Shown in pieces: positions 28,811 through 39,726 of a stretch of 64,000 nt of DNA; position 1 is the stretch's first letter; each line of letters begins with the position of its first letter. Source of the stretch: an uncultured Verrucomicrobiota bacterium (lineage in GTDB: Bacteria > Verrucomicrobiota > Verrucomicrobiia > Opitutales > Intestinicryptomonadaceae); NCBI GenBank assembly GCA_949298545.1, contig CASFWX010000079.1:5624-69623 (forward strand), read 5' to 3'. The translations under genes were made by a program, and so were the position numbers. Below the pieces are notes generated by a model that ran no database searches, was not told where the DNA came from, and saw only the letters and a list, made by a program, of their open reading frames with translations.

Positions 28811-30520
28811 TCAAGCGTTTGCCTTCTCCAAAGCGTTGAGCCTGTTAAAGGCGGAAATTACGCCCTTTAGCCCTGCCGACTCGATATTGGAATCTACGCC
28901 GACGCCCCAGACTTTTCTTCCCGACGAAAGAGATTCAAGGCAGACGTATGCTGCCGAATCCGTTGCCGAACCTTTTCCAATTGCATGCGAGCGGTAGTCT
29001 ACGAGCTTGAAATTTTTGAGCCCGTTGGACTCGAACGCCTTGACTAGAGCGTTGATGGGACCATTCCCGGAGGCGCTCCAAGTTTCCTCCCTGCCGTTGA
29101 CGAGGATTTTTGCGCGGATTAGTATTTGTTTTTGTCCGCCCTGGCTGGCATCGTCCCAGGAGTCGATTTTATACGACTCCAGCATGACGGGCGAATCGCG
29201 CTTTATAAATTCGACTTTGAAGATTTCAAATATCTCGCCTGGCTTGAGCTCCTTGTCGAGCTTGTCAGCCCTTGCGTTGACAAAATCTCCGACCTCCTGC
29301 CTCATTTCCTTCGGAATATCGTATCCGAAGTCTTCGTTTAGAACGTATGCCACCCCGCCCTTTCCGCTTTGGGAGTTTATTCTGATAATAGCCTCGTATG
29401 AGCAGCCTATATCGGAAGGGTCAATCAACAGATACGGCACCTCCCACTTTCCGTCGCCGTCCCGCCTCATCATATCCATGCCTTTTTTTATGGCGTCCTG
29501 GTGGGAACCGCTGAATGCCGTGAAAACGAGATCCCCGCCGTAGGGATGCCGCGGCGGAACTTTCATTCCGGTGCATTCCTCGTATATCGCCCGCACGCGC
29601 GGCATGTCGGAAAAGTCGAGCCCCGGATCAACGCCTTCGGCGTACATATTCAGGGCGACTGTGACGATGTCGAGATTCCCTGTGCGCTCGCCGTTTCCAA
29701 AGAGCGTCCCCTCAACCCTTTCGGCGCCCGCCATGAGCGCGAGCTCCGTCGCCGCGACACCAGTGCCGCGGTCGTTGTGCGTATGCAGGCTGATTTCGAC
29801 GCAATCGCGGTCCGACACATTCCGGCACATCCACTCTATCTGGTCGGCGTATACGTTCGGAGAGCTGTACTGGACCGTTTCCGGCAAGTTTATAATCAGC
29901 TTATTGTCGGGTGTGGGGCGCCAAATCTCCTTGACAGCCTCGCAAATTTCCAATGCGAAATCCAATTCGGTATCGCTGAAGCTTTCGGGCGAATATTCCA
30001 TTCGAACCTTTGAGCCTTCTGCCTCCAATGCGTCCGCCATTTCGCGGACGAGCCTCGCGCCGGATCTGGCAATATCGACAATCTGCGGGCGCGTCATGTT
30101 GAATGTCACCCTGCGCTGGAGTGCCGAAGTGCTGTTGTACAGATGCACTATGGCGCTCTTGCAGCCGCGGAGAGCTTCAAAAGTCTTGCGGATCAAGTGT
30201 TCCCTCGCCTGCGTGAGAACCTGCAGGCTGACTCCGTCCGGCACGAGTCCGCCGTCTATGAGCCTGCGAATGAATGCAAACTCAGTCTCGCTTGCTGAAG
30301 GGAAGCCGACTTCTATCTCCTTGAACCCTATGCGGAGCAGTTCGCTGTAAAGCTTGAGCTTTTCTTCGACGTTCATGGGAACTGCCAAAGCCTGATTCCC
30401 GTCGCGCAGATCCACGCTGCACCACGCGGGGGCGCGCTCTATTTTTTTGTCGGGCCAAGTGCGGTCGGGCAGCGACACCGCCCCGCGCCTTATATATTTT
30501 TCAGTTTCTGCTTTTTTCAT
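28811..30520 (-). CDS. leuA: 2-isopropylmalate synthase (long, LeuA type 2)
   Basis: WCSVDLRDGNQAL and HTHNDRGTGVA motifs, C-terminal regulatory domain. 569 aa. Confidence 0.9.
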   Translation of the reverse strand: MKKAETEKYIRRGAVSLPDRTWPDKKIERAPAWCSVDLRDGNQALAVPMNVEEKLKLYSELLRIGFKEIEVGFPSASETEFAFIRRLIDGGLVPDGVSLQVLTQAREHLIRKTFEALRGCKSAIVHLYNSTSALQRRVTFNMTRPQIVDIARSGARLVREMADALEAEGSKVRMEYSPESFSDTELDFALEICEAVKEIWRPTPDNKLIINLPETVQYSSPNVYADQIEWMCRNVSDRDCVEISLHTHNDRGTGVAATELALMAGAERVEGTLFGNGERTGNLDIVTVALNMYAEGVDPGLDFSDMPRVRAIYEECTGMKVPPRHPYGGDLVFTAFSGSHQDAIKKGMDMMRRDGDGKWEVPYLLIDPSDIGCSYEAIIRINSQSGKGGVAYVLNEDFGYDIPKEMRQEVGDFVNARADKLDKELKPGEIFEIFKVEFIKRDSPVMLESYKIDSWDDASQGGQKQILIRAKILVNGREETWSASGNGPINALVKAFESNGLKNFKLVDYRSHAIGKGSATDSAAYVCLESLSSGRKVWGVGVDSNIESAGLKGVISAFNRLNALEKANA

Positions 30521-30556
30521 TTTTTTATTCCGTTTTAAAAGATATCCGCGCCGGGA

Positions 30557-30592
30557 TAAAAATCAAGCGCGTTTCCCTCGCGGGGAACGCGC
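30557..30592 (-). terminator. Terminator-like hairpin after ugd
   Basis: Minus strand reads GGCGCGTTCCCC-gcga-GGGAAACGCGC followed by TTGATTTTTA. Confidence 0.6.
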
Positions 30593-30617
30593 CTTTAAAT
30601 CCGGGCTTTTGAGCCGA

Positions 30618-31982
30618 TTATGGCAAGTTCCCCTTTCCGATTCCGCGCACGAGGAATCCGAGCCCGATAAGTCGGGAATGGTCCAGGCAATTCCTGCCGT
30701 CGAATATCCATGCGGGCGTGCACATGGACTCTTTTATTTTCGAATAGTCCAATGTCTTAAATTCTTCCCAATGCGTCAGGAGCACGATGGCATGTGCGCC
30801 ATTTGCCGCCTCGTAGGCTGATGTGCAAATCTCGACCCTTGGATCTTCGGCAGACACTCCCAAATCGCTTCGAATCTGCTCCGCGGAAACTTTCGGGTCG
30901 TAAAATGCCAGGTTCGCGTTTTCCTTCAGAAAATCCCCGCATATGTCTATGGCGGGAGATTCGCGAGTGTCGTTGGTGTTCTCCTTGAACGCAAATCCGA
31001 ATACCGCCAATTTTTTTCCGCGTATATTTCCGAAGAGGGAATCTAAGACCGCCCTTGCGAACCTCCTCTTTTGATATGCGTTCATGTCCGTGACGGCGCG
31101 CCAATAAGCGGCGGCTTCCGGGAGATGAAAATGCTCGCACAAGTAAACCAGATTCAGCAAGTCCTTCTGGAAACACGAGCCGCCGTATCCGATGGAGCTT
31201 CGCAGGAAAGACGATCCTATGCGCGAATCCGCACCCACCGCGCGCGCCACCTGGTCGATGTCTGCGCCCGTCGCCTCGCAGAGGGCGCTTATGGAGTTTA
31301 TAGAGCTGATGCGCTGCGCCAGAAAAGCGTTGGCCGTCAGCTTGCTCAGCTCGCTCGACCAAAGGTTCGTAGTTATAATCCGCTCGCGCGGGACCCACCG
31401 CGCATAGATTGACGCGAGCTCCTCAATGGCTTTTCTGCCTTCGGGCGACGACTCGTCTCCGCCTATCAGCACCCTGTCGGGATTCTCCAAATCCGACACC
31501 GCCGTTCCCTCCGCGAGAAATTCGGGGTTGGAAAGCACATGGAACTCCTTGCCGGTGGAAGCGAGTATAGTCTTTATCACGTCCGCCGTGCGCACGGGCA
31601 TAGTCGATTTCTCGACTACTATTTTCCCGCTTTTTGACACCTCCGCGATTTTTCTGGCGCAAGACTCCACAAAGCTCAAGTCTGACGCGCTTCCGGCCCC
31701 GTACCCGTACGTCTTCGTCGGCGTATTGACAGATATAAAAACTATATCCGCCCCTTCTATTGCGGAGTCCACATCGGTAGAAAAGAAGAGGTTTTTGCCG
31801 CGCGTTTGGCGCACTACATCGTCGAGCCCGGGCTCGAACACGGGAAGGCTGTCGGAGTTCCACGCGCGTATGCGATCGGCGTTTATATCGACGACATCGA
31901 CGCGCATGTCGGCGCATTTGAGCGCTATCATCGACATAGTCGGCCCGCCGACGTATCCGGCGCCTATGCAGCAAATCCTCAT
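30618..31982 (-). CDS. ugd: UDP-glucose 6-dehydrogenase
   Basis: [15 protein letters not shown] Rossmann N-terminus and the catalytic GGSCFQKD motif. 454 aa. Confidence 0.9.
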   Translation of the reverse strand: MRICCIGAGYVGGPTMSMIALKCADMRVDVVDINADRIRAWNSDSLPVFEPGLDDVVRQTRGKNLFFSTDVDSAIEGADIVFISVNTPTKTYGYGAGSASDLSFVESCARKIAEVSKSGKIVVEKSTMPVRTADVIKTILASTGKEFHVLSNPEFLAEGTAVSDLENPDRVLIGGDESSPEGRKAIEELASIYARWVPRERIITTNLWSSELSKLTANAFLAQRISSINSISALCEATGADIDQVARAVGADSRIGSSFLRSSIGYGGSCFQKDLLNLVYLCEHFHLPEAAAYWRAVTDMNAYQKRRFARAVLDSLFGNIRGKKLAVFGFAFKENTNDTRESPAIDICGDFLKENANLAFYDPKVSAEQIRSDLGVSAEDPRVEICTSAYEAANGAHAIVLLTHWEEFKTLDYSKIKESMCTPAWIFDGRNCLDHSRLIGLGFLVRGIGKGNLP

Positions 31983-31988
31983 TCTGGT

Positions 31989-33260
31989 CTACTCCCTGAC
32001 GAGCTTCGATTTCGAAGCCAAAGCCTCTTCGGGGACACCCTGTTTGCGGGCGCGCTGGCGAAGGCGCAGCGACTGGAGCTTTATGAATCCCGTCGCGTCG
32101 TCCTGGTTGTATTCGCTCTCGACGCCCTCCATGCTTGCTATATTCATATCGTAGAGGCTGAACGCGCTCTTTCTGCCGACGCACGTTATGTTTCCTTTGT
32201 ACAACTTCAGGCGGACGACTCCGGAAACCTTTTCTTGGCTCTTGTCGATTAGAGCCTGCAAAACTTCGCGCTCGGGAGCGTACCAAAAACCGTTGTAAAT
32301 CAGCTCGGCGTATTTTGGAATGAGCTGGTCCCTCAGGTGCATGACCTCCCTGTCCATTGTTATTGTCTCCATGTTGCGGTGGGCGAATTCGAGGATCGTG
32401 CCGCCCGGAGTCTCGTACACCCCGCGGCTCTTCATTCCGACAAAGCGGTTCTCAACTATGTCGACCCTGCCTATTCCGTTCTCGCCGCCGATTTTATTGA
32501 GGGTGCGGAGAATGTCGGAAGGCTTCATCTTTTTGCCATCTATTGCTACGCAATCGCCCTTTTCAAATTCAAGCTCGATGTACGTGGGCTTGTCCGGAGC
32601 GTCCTCCGGAGAGACCGTCGTCTTGAACATGTCCTTATTCGACTCCACTGTCGGATCGAACCACGGATCCTCGAGAATTCCCGCCTCGTAGGATATGTGG
32701 AGCATGTTTCTATCCATTGAATACGGCTTTTTCGCGGAAGCCTGCACGTTTATGCCATGCTCCTTGCAATAGGCTATCATCTCGCTCCTGCCGGGGAACT
32801 TTTCCCTGAACTCGTCCATGCGCCACGGCGATATGATTTCCATGTCGGGAGCCAGCGCCGCGTAGGAAATTTCAAACCTGCACTGGTCGTTGCCCTTCCC
32901 GGTGGCTCCGTGCGCCACGGCGTTCGCGCCCTCTTTCCGCGCTATCTCAATCTGGGTCTTGGCTATGAGCGGGCGCGCTATCGAGGTTCCAAGGTAATAC
33001 TGACCCTCGTAAATGGCGTTTGCGCGAATCATCGGGAATATGAAATCCGCCGCGAATTCGTCCTGCAAATCGACCGTGTAATGCGCCGACGCCCCGGTGG
33101 CTTTCGCCTTTTCCGCAAGCCCGTCCAGCTCCTCGCCCTGGCCGACGTCGGCTGCGAACGTCACGACTTCCGCGTCGAACCTGTCCTTTATCCATTTCAC
33201 GATCACGGAAGTGTCGAGACCGCCGGAATACGCCAATACCACTTTCTTCTTTTTATCCAT
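31989..33260 (-). CDS. argG: Argininosuccinate synthase
   Basis: [16 protein letters not shown]-binding motif. 423 aa. Confidence 0.92.
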   Translation of the reverse strand: MDKKKKVVLAYSGGLDTSVIVKWIKDRFDAEVVTFAADVGQGEELDGLAEKAKATGASAHYTVDLQDEFAADFIFPMIRANAIYEGQYYLGTSIARPLIAKTQIEIARKEGANAVAHGATGKGNDQCRFEISYAALAPDMEIISPWRMDEFREKFPGRSEMIAYCKEHGINVQASAKKPYSMDRNMLHISYEAGILEDPWFDPTVESNKDMFKTTVSPEDAPDKPTYIELEFEKGDCVAIDGKKMKPSDILRTLNKIGGENGIGRVDIVENRFVGMKSRGVYETPGGTILEFAHRNMETITMDREVMHLRDQLIPKYAELIYNGFWYAPEREVLQALIDKSQEKVSGVVRLKLYKGNITCVGRKSAFSLYDMNIASMEGVESEYNQDDATGFIKLQSLRLRQRARKQGVPEEALASKSKLVRE

Positions 33261-33343
33261 TTTTACAAATCTCCGTTAAAAAAACTGCGCGCAAGATTAG
33301 ACCCTTGCGCGCCACATTAAAAGCTTTTTTTCCGCATGCGGCG

Positions 33344-34300
33344 CTACGATGATTTTCCGCCGTTTTCTTGCACGAGCTTGCTTATTATAGCCTTTTGGAC
33401 ATGCAGGCGGTTCTCAGCCTGGTCGAACACTATGCTGCGATCCCCGCGCAAGACGCCCTCGCTCACTTCCTCTCCGGAATGCGCAGGAAGGCAATGCATA
33501 AATACGGCGCCTTTTTTAGCGAGCGAAAAAAGCCTCTCGTTGACCTGGTAGGGAGACATTATTTTTATGCGCTCTGCCTTTTCGTCCTCCTTGCCCATGC
33601 TGACCCAAACGTCGGTGTACAGGACGTCCGCCCCGCGCGAGGCCGCTTCGGGATCGGAAGTGAAAGTCCAGGTCGGAGCAAGCCGGGCGTCTTCAAAGAG
33701 TTTATTGAGAATGGCGGCGGGCTTAAATTCCTCGGGGCCGCAGAGGGAAACCTCCACGCCGAACATCGCGCCGGCAAGGGCGAGGGAATAAGCCATGTTG
33801 CACGCAGTATCGCCGAAGAAGGCAAGCTTCCTGCCCTTGAGCGCCTCCGCGCTCGGGGAGGATCCGCCGAAGCGCTCCATCATCGTAAACATGTCAGTAT
33901 AACTCTGGCATGGGTGGAGAAGATCCGTGAGGGCGTTCACCACGGGAAGCCCGGAAGCGCGCGCAAACTCGTCGACTATCTCCTGTCCGAAAGTTCTTAT
34001 CACTATGCCGTGGAGGAAGCGGCCCATTATCCTTGCCGTATCCTCTATCGTCTCCCCGCGCGATATCTGAAGCTCGGAGGCGTTCATCATCACGGGATGT
34101 CCTCCCAATTCATGGACGCCGACTTCAAACGACAGGCGGGTGCGGGTGCTCTTTTTGAAAAACAGCAATCCCCAGCTCTCCCCGCGGAGAATGTCTATTA
34201 TTCCCGATGCGCGGAGTTTTTTGTATCTGGAAGCGAGCGCAAAAACCTCCGCCGCCTCCGCAGGTGAGAAATCCGTATCTCTCAAAAACGATCTTGACAT
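33344..34300 (-). CDS. argF: Ornithine carbamoyltransferase
   Basis: STRTR, HPCQ, DVWVSMG and HCLPA motifs. Confidence 0.88.
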   Translation of the reverse strand: MSRSFLRDTDFSPAEAAEVFALASRYKKLRASGIIDILRGESWGLLFFKKSTRTRLSFEVGVHELGGHPVMMNASELQISRGETIEDTARIMGRFLHGIVIRTFGQEIVDEFARASGLPVVNALTDLLHPCQSYTDMFTMMERFGGSSPSAEALKGRKLAFFGDTACNMAYSLALAGAMFGVEVSLCGPEEFKPAAILNKLFEDARLAPTWTFTSDPEAASRGADVLYTDVWVSMGKEDEKAERIKIMSPYQVNERLFSLAKKGAVFMHCLPAHSGEEVSEGVLRGDRSIVFDQAENRLHVQKAIISKLVQENGGKSS

Positions 34301-35497
34301 TTAAAGTTCCTCCATTGTCTTTTCAAAGATTTTCAGCGCCGCATCTATTTCGGTTTTTCCCACATTTAACGGGGGAAGGAAGCGCAGAGCGTTTGACCCG
34401 GCGGGAATGAGAATCAGCCCGTTTTCGCGGAGCGCGGCGCAAACCCCGGCGTTGGAATATTTATCCTGGAAGAGAACCGCCCTCATCAATCCGAGCCCGC
34501 GCGCAAGCTTTATCTTTCCGGGGAATTTGCGCGCTATCCTTTCAAGCCCGATAGCGAGATACTCGCCCATCTCCGCAGCGTTGGCGGCGAGATTTTTGGA
34601 CGACAGCTCGTCCAGCGTGGCAAGAGCCGCCGCGCATGCCAGGGGATTTCCGCCAAAGGTCGTCCCGTGCGTTCCTGGCGCCATGACCGACGCACACTTT
34701 TCCGACAGCCAAACAGCCCCTATTGGAAATCCTCCGCCGAGTCCCTTTGCCATTGATACTCCGTCGGGAGAGACCCCCAGCCTTTGCGATGCCAAAAACT
34801 TTCCGCATCTTCCGAAGCCGCACTGAACCTCGTCGAAAAGAAGAAGCGCTTTGTGCTTTTTGCACATTTTCTTTAAAGCGCGCAAAAACGCCGGCTTAGC
34901 AGGCGTGACCCCGCTCTCGCCCTGCACGGGCTCGACGAGCACGGCTGCGACATCGTCGCCCATAAGCTTTTCAAAGCTCGCAGCGTCGTTGAACTTGCCA
35001 TATGAAAAACCTTTGAGAATGGGTTTAAAACCCTTTTGTATTTTCTTTTGCGCGGTGGCCGCCAGAGCGCCCAAAGTCCTTCCGTGAAATCCGTCCACGG
35101 CAGTCACTATCCTGTACTTTTTGCCTTCCCCCCCGGCAAGCTCCGCCCCGTACAGGCGCGCCGCCTTTATGAGGGCCTCGTTCGCCTCGGTCCCCGAATT
35201 GCAGATAAATACGCGGCCGCGGCCTATTTTATCCACAAGGCTTTCGGCGAGATCCGCCTGCGGCTTAGTGCAGTACAGGTTGCTGCAATGGACGAGTGTC
35301 CTCGCCTGGCGCTCCACAGCCTTTATCCAATTCGGGTTGGAGTGCCCTATGCTCGCAACCGCTATGCCCGCCCCGAAATCCAGATACTTTCTGCCCTCCT
35401 CGTCATAAATCCAGCAGCCCTTGCCCCGGGACACCACAAAGCTTCTCTCCCCAAACGCGGGAACGTAATATTTTGAAAGTTTTTCTCTCGTCGTCAT
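34301..35497 (-). CDS. argD: Acetylornithine aminotransferase
   Basis: Class III aminotransferase motifs (DEVQCGFGRCG, GTHGTTFGGNPLA). Directly abuts argF. Confidence 0.88.
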   Translation of the reverse strand: MTTREKLSKYYVPAFGERSFVVSRGKGCWIYDEEGRKYLDFGAGIAVASIGHSNPNWIKAVERQARTLVHCSNLYCTKPQADLAESLVDKIGRGRVFICNSGTEANEALIKAARLYGAELAGGEGKKYRIVTAVDGFHGRTLGALAATAQKKIQKGFKPILKGFSYGKFNDAASFEKLMGDDVAAVLVEPVQGESGVTPAKPAFLRALKKMCKKHKALLLFDEVQCGFGRCGKFLASQRLGVSPDGVSMAKGLGGGFPIGAVWLSEKCASVMAPGTHGTTFGGNPLACAAALATLDELSSKNLAANAAEMGEYLAIGLERIARKFPGKIKLARGLGLMRAVLFQDKYSNAGVCAALRENGLILIPAGSNALRFLPPLNVGKTEIDAALKIFEKTMEEL

Positions 35498-35513
35498 GGC
35501 ATTTAATTAAATT

Positions 35514-36413
35514 CTATCTTGCGACCGACTCGTGCACGATCTCCGTGCCTATTCCGCTGTCGGTGAAAATCTCCAAAAGTATGCTGTGCGGCATGTGCCC
35601 GTCGACAAAATGCACCCTCCGGACGCCGGCTCTTATCGCCTCGACTGCGCTGTCGACTTTCGGCGTCATGCCTCCGCATATCACTCCGGATTTTTTGAGG
35701 GAGCCCACCTCTCCGACTTTGAGGTGGGATATCAGCGTGCCCGCGTCTTTGGGATCCCTCATCAGGCCGGGGACATCGCACAAAAACACGAGCCTGCGCG
35801 CCTTAAGGGCAGATGCCACCGCAGCGGCCGCCGCGTCTGCGTTCGTATTGTAGGAATGCATGTCGCTCTCGCCCTTGGCAATCGGGGAAATTACCGGCGT
35901 CCTTCCTGAGTCGAGAATTTTTTGTATGCTTTCCGCATCGACGCCGACGACATTCCCCACATACCCCAAATCGAGCGGAGCTCCGCTTTCGTCTGCGGAC
36001 AGCATTTTGCGGCACCTCAGCACCTCGTTGCCGGGCAGCGATTGCGCCGGGCAGCCCTGCTCCTTCAACAACTCGCAAATTTCCGGATTCACCTGAGAGT
36101 TCAAAACCGATTCCACTATCCCTACGACGCGCTCATCGGTAACGCGCAGCCCGTTTTTAAACTCCGCGCGCAATCCCGATTCCGACATCGCGCGGCTTAT
36201 CGCCTTCCCCCCTCCGTGCACGACGACCACGTTTATCCCGACAGCCGCCAAAAACGAAATATCCTGCGCGACCATAGCCCGCATTCTCGGATCGGGATCG
36301 TCCATAAACGCACCTCCGTACTTGACGACAAAGGTCGCGCCCTTAAACCGCATTATATACGGAAGCGCCTCTATCAGAATTCCCGCCTTTTTTGTAATTT
36401 CGTCCAATTCCAT
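35514..36413 (-). CDS. argB: Acetylglutamate kinase
   Basis: ALPYIMRFKGATFVVKYGG and VVVHGGG motifs. Start chosen at MELDEI; the maximal ORF starts at 36467. Confidence 0.88.
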   Translation of the reverse strand: MELDEITKKAGILIEALPYIMRFKGATFVVKYGGAFMDDPDPRMRAMVAQDISFLAAVGINVVVVHGGGKAISRAMSESGLRAEFKNGLRVTDERVVGIVESVLNSQVNPEICELLKEQGCPAQSLPGNEVLRCRKMLSADESGAPLDLGYVGNVVGVDAESIQKILDSGRTPVISPIAKGESDMHSYNTNADAAAAAVASALKARRLVFLCDVPGLMRDPKDAGTLISHLKVGEVGSLKKSGVICGGMTPKVDSAVEAIRAGVRRVHFVDGHMPHSILLEIFTDSGIGTEIVHESVAR

Positions 36414-36501
36414 ATTTTTAAAAAACCGCAAAAAGAAATAAAATATTTCGCCGGTAAAAATCCGCACTCAGCCGCATAAACGGGCTTCCCTCAGCCTATC
36501 C

Positions 36502-37737
36502 CTATTCTCCCTTGTTGAAATTTACATACCCCTCCGTGAGGTCGGCAGCAAGTATCGACTCCGAGGCATTCCCCAAGTTCAGGTTGAGCGTGACCGTAAA
36601 ATTTTTGCGCTTTACGATATCGCGCCACTGCTCTTTGTACTCTGAAAGCGGGCAGCCGCCTTTGAGAACGGGAACATTGTCGTAGAAAATGTCGAGCTTG
36701 TCCGGGTTGAGGCCGGTGCGGGCATATCCGGCCGCGTCGGCAAGGCGCCCCCAGTTTGGATCGCACCCGTACCACGACGACTTTACAAGCAGAGAGTTGC
36801 CTATCGCGCGGCAGATCTTTTCAGCCTGCTCCTCGTCCCGCGCGCCTTCCACCTTCACCTCTACTACTTTTGTAATTTTCTCCCCGTCCCCCACGATCTT
36901 TCTGGCGAGGGAGCGGCACACTGCCAGCAGCGCCTCCTTGAATGCCTCCTGCGCGTCGGCGTCGGCGTCTATCTCAACTTCGCTCTCTCCATTGCAGAGG
37001 GATATTACGGTGTCGTTGGTGCTCATGTCGCCGTCGACAGTTATGCGGTTGAACGTCTTGTTTACACAGAAGCGCAAAATCTGCTTTAACAGCGGCTGCG
37101 ATATTTTTGCGTCGCTTGCTATGAATGCGAGCATGGTTGCCATATTCGGCTCTATCATTCCGGCGCCCTTTGCCATTCCCGCTATTTTAAAGCATTTTTC
37201 CTTCACGCAAACTTCGGCGAGAACCGTTTTCGGACGAGTGTCTGAAGTCATAATCGCCCGGGCGGCCGCCTCGCTCTGCTCCGGTGACGACGACAATCCG
37301 CCGCACGCTTTCCCTATACCGTCGGATATCTTTTCCATCGGGAGGAATTCGCCTATCCTGCCTGTCGAACAAACCAGAACCTGCTCGGGCTTGACGGAGA
37401 GCTTCTCGGCGACCAGAGCGCATTCCTTTAAGGCGTCCTCTATGCCGCGCGCGCCCGTGGAGGCGTTGGCGTTGCCGCTGTTGGCAACTACCGCCTTTAT
37501 TTTTTCGCTCTGCTCCAAATGCGAAATGTCAACAAGCACCGGAGCTGCCTTAACATCGTTTGTCGTAAACACTCCGGCGGCGCTTGAAAGCTTGTCCGAG
37601 ACTATCAGCGCCATATCGAGCCTGGACATATCCCCGTTTCCGCGAATGTCGCAGGCGACTCCTGCAACTTTAAATCCGCCTACCAAACCCAATCCCGCCG
37701 CGTCTTCCGCAACGCTCAATCTGTATTTTTTGTCCAT
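36502..37737 (-). CDS. argJ: Bifunctional ornithine acetyltransferase / N-acetylglutamate synthase
   Basis: PNMATMLAFIASDA self-cleavage site (ATML). 411 aa. Confidence 0.9.
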   Translation of the reverse strand: MDKKYRLSVAEDAAGLGLVGGFKVAGVACDIRGNGDMSRLDMALIVSDKLSSAAGVFTTNDVKAAPVLVDISHLEQSEKIKAVVANSGNANASTGARGIEDALKECALVAEKLSVKPEQVLVCSTGRIGEFLPMEKISDGIGKACGGLSSSPEQSEAAARAIMTSDTRPKTVLAEVCVKEKCFKIAGMAKGAGMIEPNMATMLAFIASDAKISQPLLKQILRFCVNKTFNRITVDGDMSTNDTVISLCNGESEVEIDADADAQEAFKEALLAVCRSLARKIVGDGEKITKVVEVKVEGARDEEQAEKICRAIGNSLLVKSSWYGCDPNWGRLADAAGYARTGLNPDKLDIFYDNVPVLKGGCPLSEYKEQWRDIVKRKNFTVTLNLNLGNASESILAADLTEGYVNFNKGE

Positions 37738-38141
37738 CGTATTTTTTTAATAAGCCTTGCTTTATATCCCCGAATCCGAAAATTATCAACTATTTTATGG
37801 CGCTCATGCAGACTCAAAAATGCGAATCCTTTTTCTTCCCGCGGCGGATTTCTCGCGCATTTTTTTGAGGTTGATTTCATCGCATTCGCGGATCCCGATT
37901 GCGCAACAAAAATTGCAACCTTTCAAATATTGAATCCCGCAAAGAAATTTGCGGACGGGAGATGAACCTCCAAAAAAGAGAAAAGGCGCTCCCAAAAACA
38001 GTCTTAGGCGCGCCTTTTTTTTAAAAAGCCAAATTCCGTTCAGGAACCATTTTCAAGTCTCATGTGCGCTCGCCAATGAGAAAGCTTAAAGACTCAAAAA
38101 ACGGAAATCCTACCCGGAATCTTTGCCGGACAAAGCCCGAG

Positions 38142-38729
38142 CTATATTTGGTAGCGGGTAAAACGGCGAATCTCTATCTTTTCTCCGATTGTAGCTATCT
38201 TCTGGGTGAGGAGGTCCCTTATGGTAAGTTTGTCGTCCTTGACAAACGGCTGCTCGAGAAGCGCGACCGAAGAAATGAATTTCTTCATTTTTCCGTCCAC
38301 GATTTTCTCCTTGATTTCCGCAGGCTTTTTGTCGTCCGCCATCTGGGCGAGGGCAATCTCGCGCTCTTTTGCGAGGATATCCGCCGGAACGTCCTCGGGC
38401 GCTATGCAAATCGGCGACGCCGCGGCGATATGCATGCAGAGATCCTTTACAAAAGCCTTGAAATCGTCGTTCTTTGCCACGAAGTCGGATTCGCAGCCGA
38501 CTTCAATTAAAACACCAACTTTGTTGTTCGAGTGTATATAAGAGGCCACGAGCCCTTGGGCAGCCGTGCGCCCGGCTTTTTTCGCCGCGCTGGCAACTCC
38601 CTTTTTGCGGAGTATTTCAACCGCTTCGTCTTCGTTGCCGTTCGCCTCCACGAGGGCTTTTTTGCAATCCATCATGCCGGCGCTCGTGCGCGCGCGCAAA
38701 GCACTTACCATCTGTGCCGTAATTTCCAT
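38142..38729 (-). CDS. tsf: Translation elongation factor Ts
   Basis: LRARTSAGMMDCKKALVEANGNEDEAVEILRKKG UBA-like N-terminus. 195 aa short form. Confidence 0.92.
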   Translation of the reverse strand: MEITAQMVSALRARTSAGMMDCKKALVEANGNEDEAVEILRKKGVASAAKKAGRTAAQGLVASYIHSNNKVGVLIEVGCESDFVAKNDDFKAFVKDLCMHIAAASPICIAPEDVPADILAKEREIALAQMADDKKPAEIKEKIVDGKMKKFISSVALLEQPFVKDDKLTIRDLLTQKIATIGEKIEIRRFTRYQI

Positions 38730-38747
38730 AATTAAAACTCCCTATTA

Positions 38748-39554
38748 TTATTCTTTCGGTTCTTCAATAGAATCCACATCGACGCCCTTCACCGAAACGC
38801 TGTCGTCGGAAACCGGATTCTCCTGCGTCTCGTTTTGAGGAACGATTATTTGGGGATTCTTTACCTGCGCAACTCTCCTGCTCAGCCCGTTTTGAACCGC
38901 ATCGAGCAAAATCTCGGTTATTAGGCGAATGCTCTTTACGGTGTCGTCGTTGGCGGGTATCGGATAGTCGATGAGAGACGGGTCGGAGTTGGTGTCGACA
39001 ATCGCCACTGTAGGTATACCGAGCTTGCGGCATTCAGACACCGCTATCTCTTCGTTCTTGATGTCGACTATGTAGGCGGCTCCAGGGAGCCTGGATATGT
39101 CTTTTATGCCCTCAAAATTGCGGTTCATTCTGTCCATCTCGCGGCGAATCGCAGCGGCTTCTTTTGCGTAGAGCTTGTCGAGTTCGCCAGAGGCCTCCAT
39201 CGCCAAGAATTTCTTGTATTTTTTGAGGCTGGTGAGAATTGTCTCGAAGTTGGTCAGTGTGCCGCCGAGCCAACGGTTCACGCAGTAAGGCATGCCGCAT
39301 GTCGTGGCCGCCTCGCGCAAGATGTCCTGCGCCTGGCGCTTTGTGCCTATAAAAATTATGTCCTTGTTGGAGGCTACAACCTCCTCGACAAACGCTGCCG
39401 CCTTCTCGAGCTGCGCGTATGTCTTTTCCAAGTCTATTATCGAAACCCCCGCGCGGTGATCGTAAACAAAGGGCTTAGACTTGGGATTCCAACGGCGGGT
39501 TTGATGCCCAAAATGCACTCCGGCATCGAGCAGGTCTTTTACTGTGATATTCAT
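38748..39554 (-). CDS. rpsB: 30S ribosomal protein S2
   Basis: LLDAGVHFGHQTRRWNPK N-terminus. The usual rpsB-tsf pair. Confidence 0.95.
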   Translation of the reverse strand: MNITVKDLLDAGVHFGHQTRRWNPKSKPFVYDHRAGVSIIDLEKTYAQLEKAAAFVEEVVASNKDIIFIGTKRQAQDILREAATTCGMPYCVNRWLGGTLTNFETILTSLKKYKKFLAMEASGELDKLYAKEAAAIRREMDRMNRNFEGIKDISRLPGAAYIVDIKNEEIAVSECRKLGIPTVAIVDTNSDPSLIDYPIPANDDTVKSIRLITEILLDAVQNGLSRRVAQVKNPQIIVPQNETQENPVSDDSVSVKGVDVDSIEEPKE

Positions 39555-39726
39555 GATGTTGCTCCGTATCCGCGCATTCGGCGTACGAACGGCGAACCTG
39601 GGATATTCTTTCCGATTTTAGGGTTGAGTTTTTGCGACAAGCGCACCGTGCGATTGTCAAAAAGTATGAATAAACCCCATAGTGCCGCCTGCGGCAAGCT
39701 TTTTTTTCGCCAGCCGCAAAATTCCA

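Noticed and set aside
35229-35237. Perfect DnaA-box consensus TTATCCACA.
   Set aside because: It is a single copy inside the argD coding sequence. There is no cluster, AT-rich unwinding element or dnaA/dnaN nearby, so it is a chance occurrence.
37804-37995. 63-aa Cys-rich minus-strand ORF between tsf and argJ.
   Set aside because: It has no RBS and an implausible composition, and it overlaps hairpin and palindrome elements of the intergenic region. It is more likely promoter/terminator DNA.
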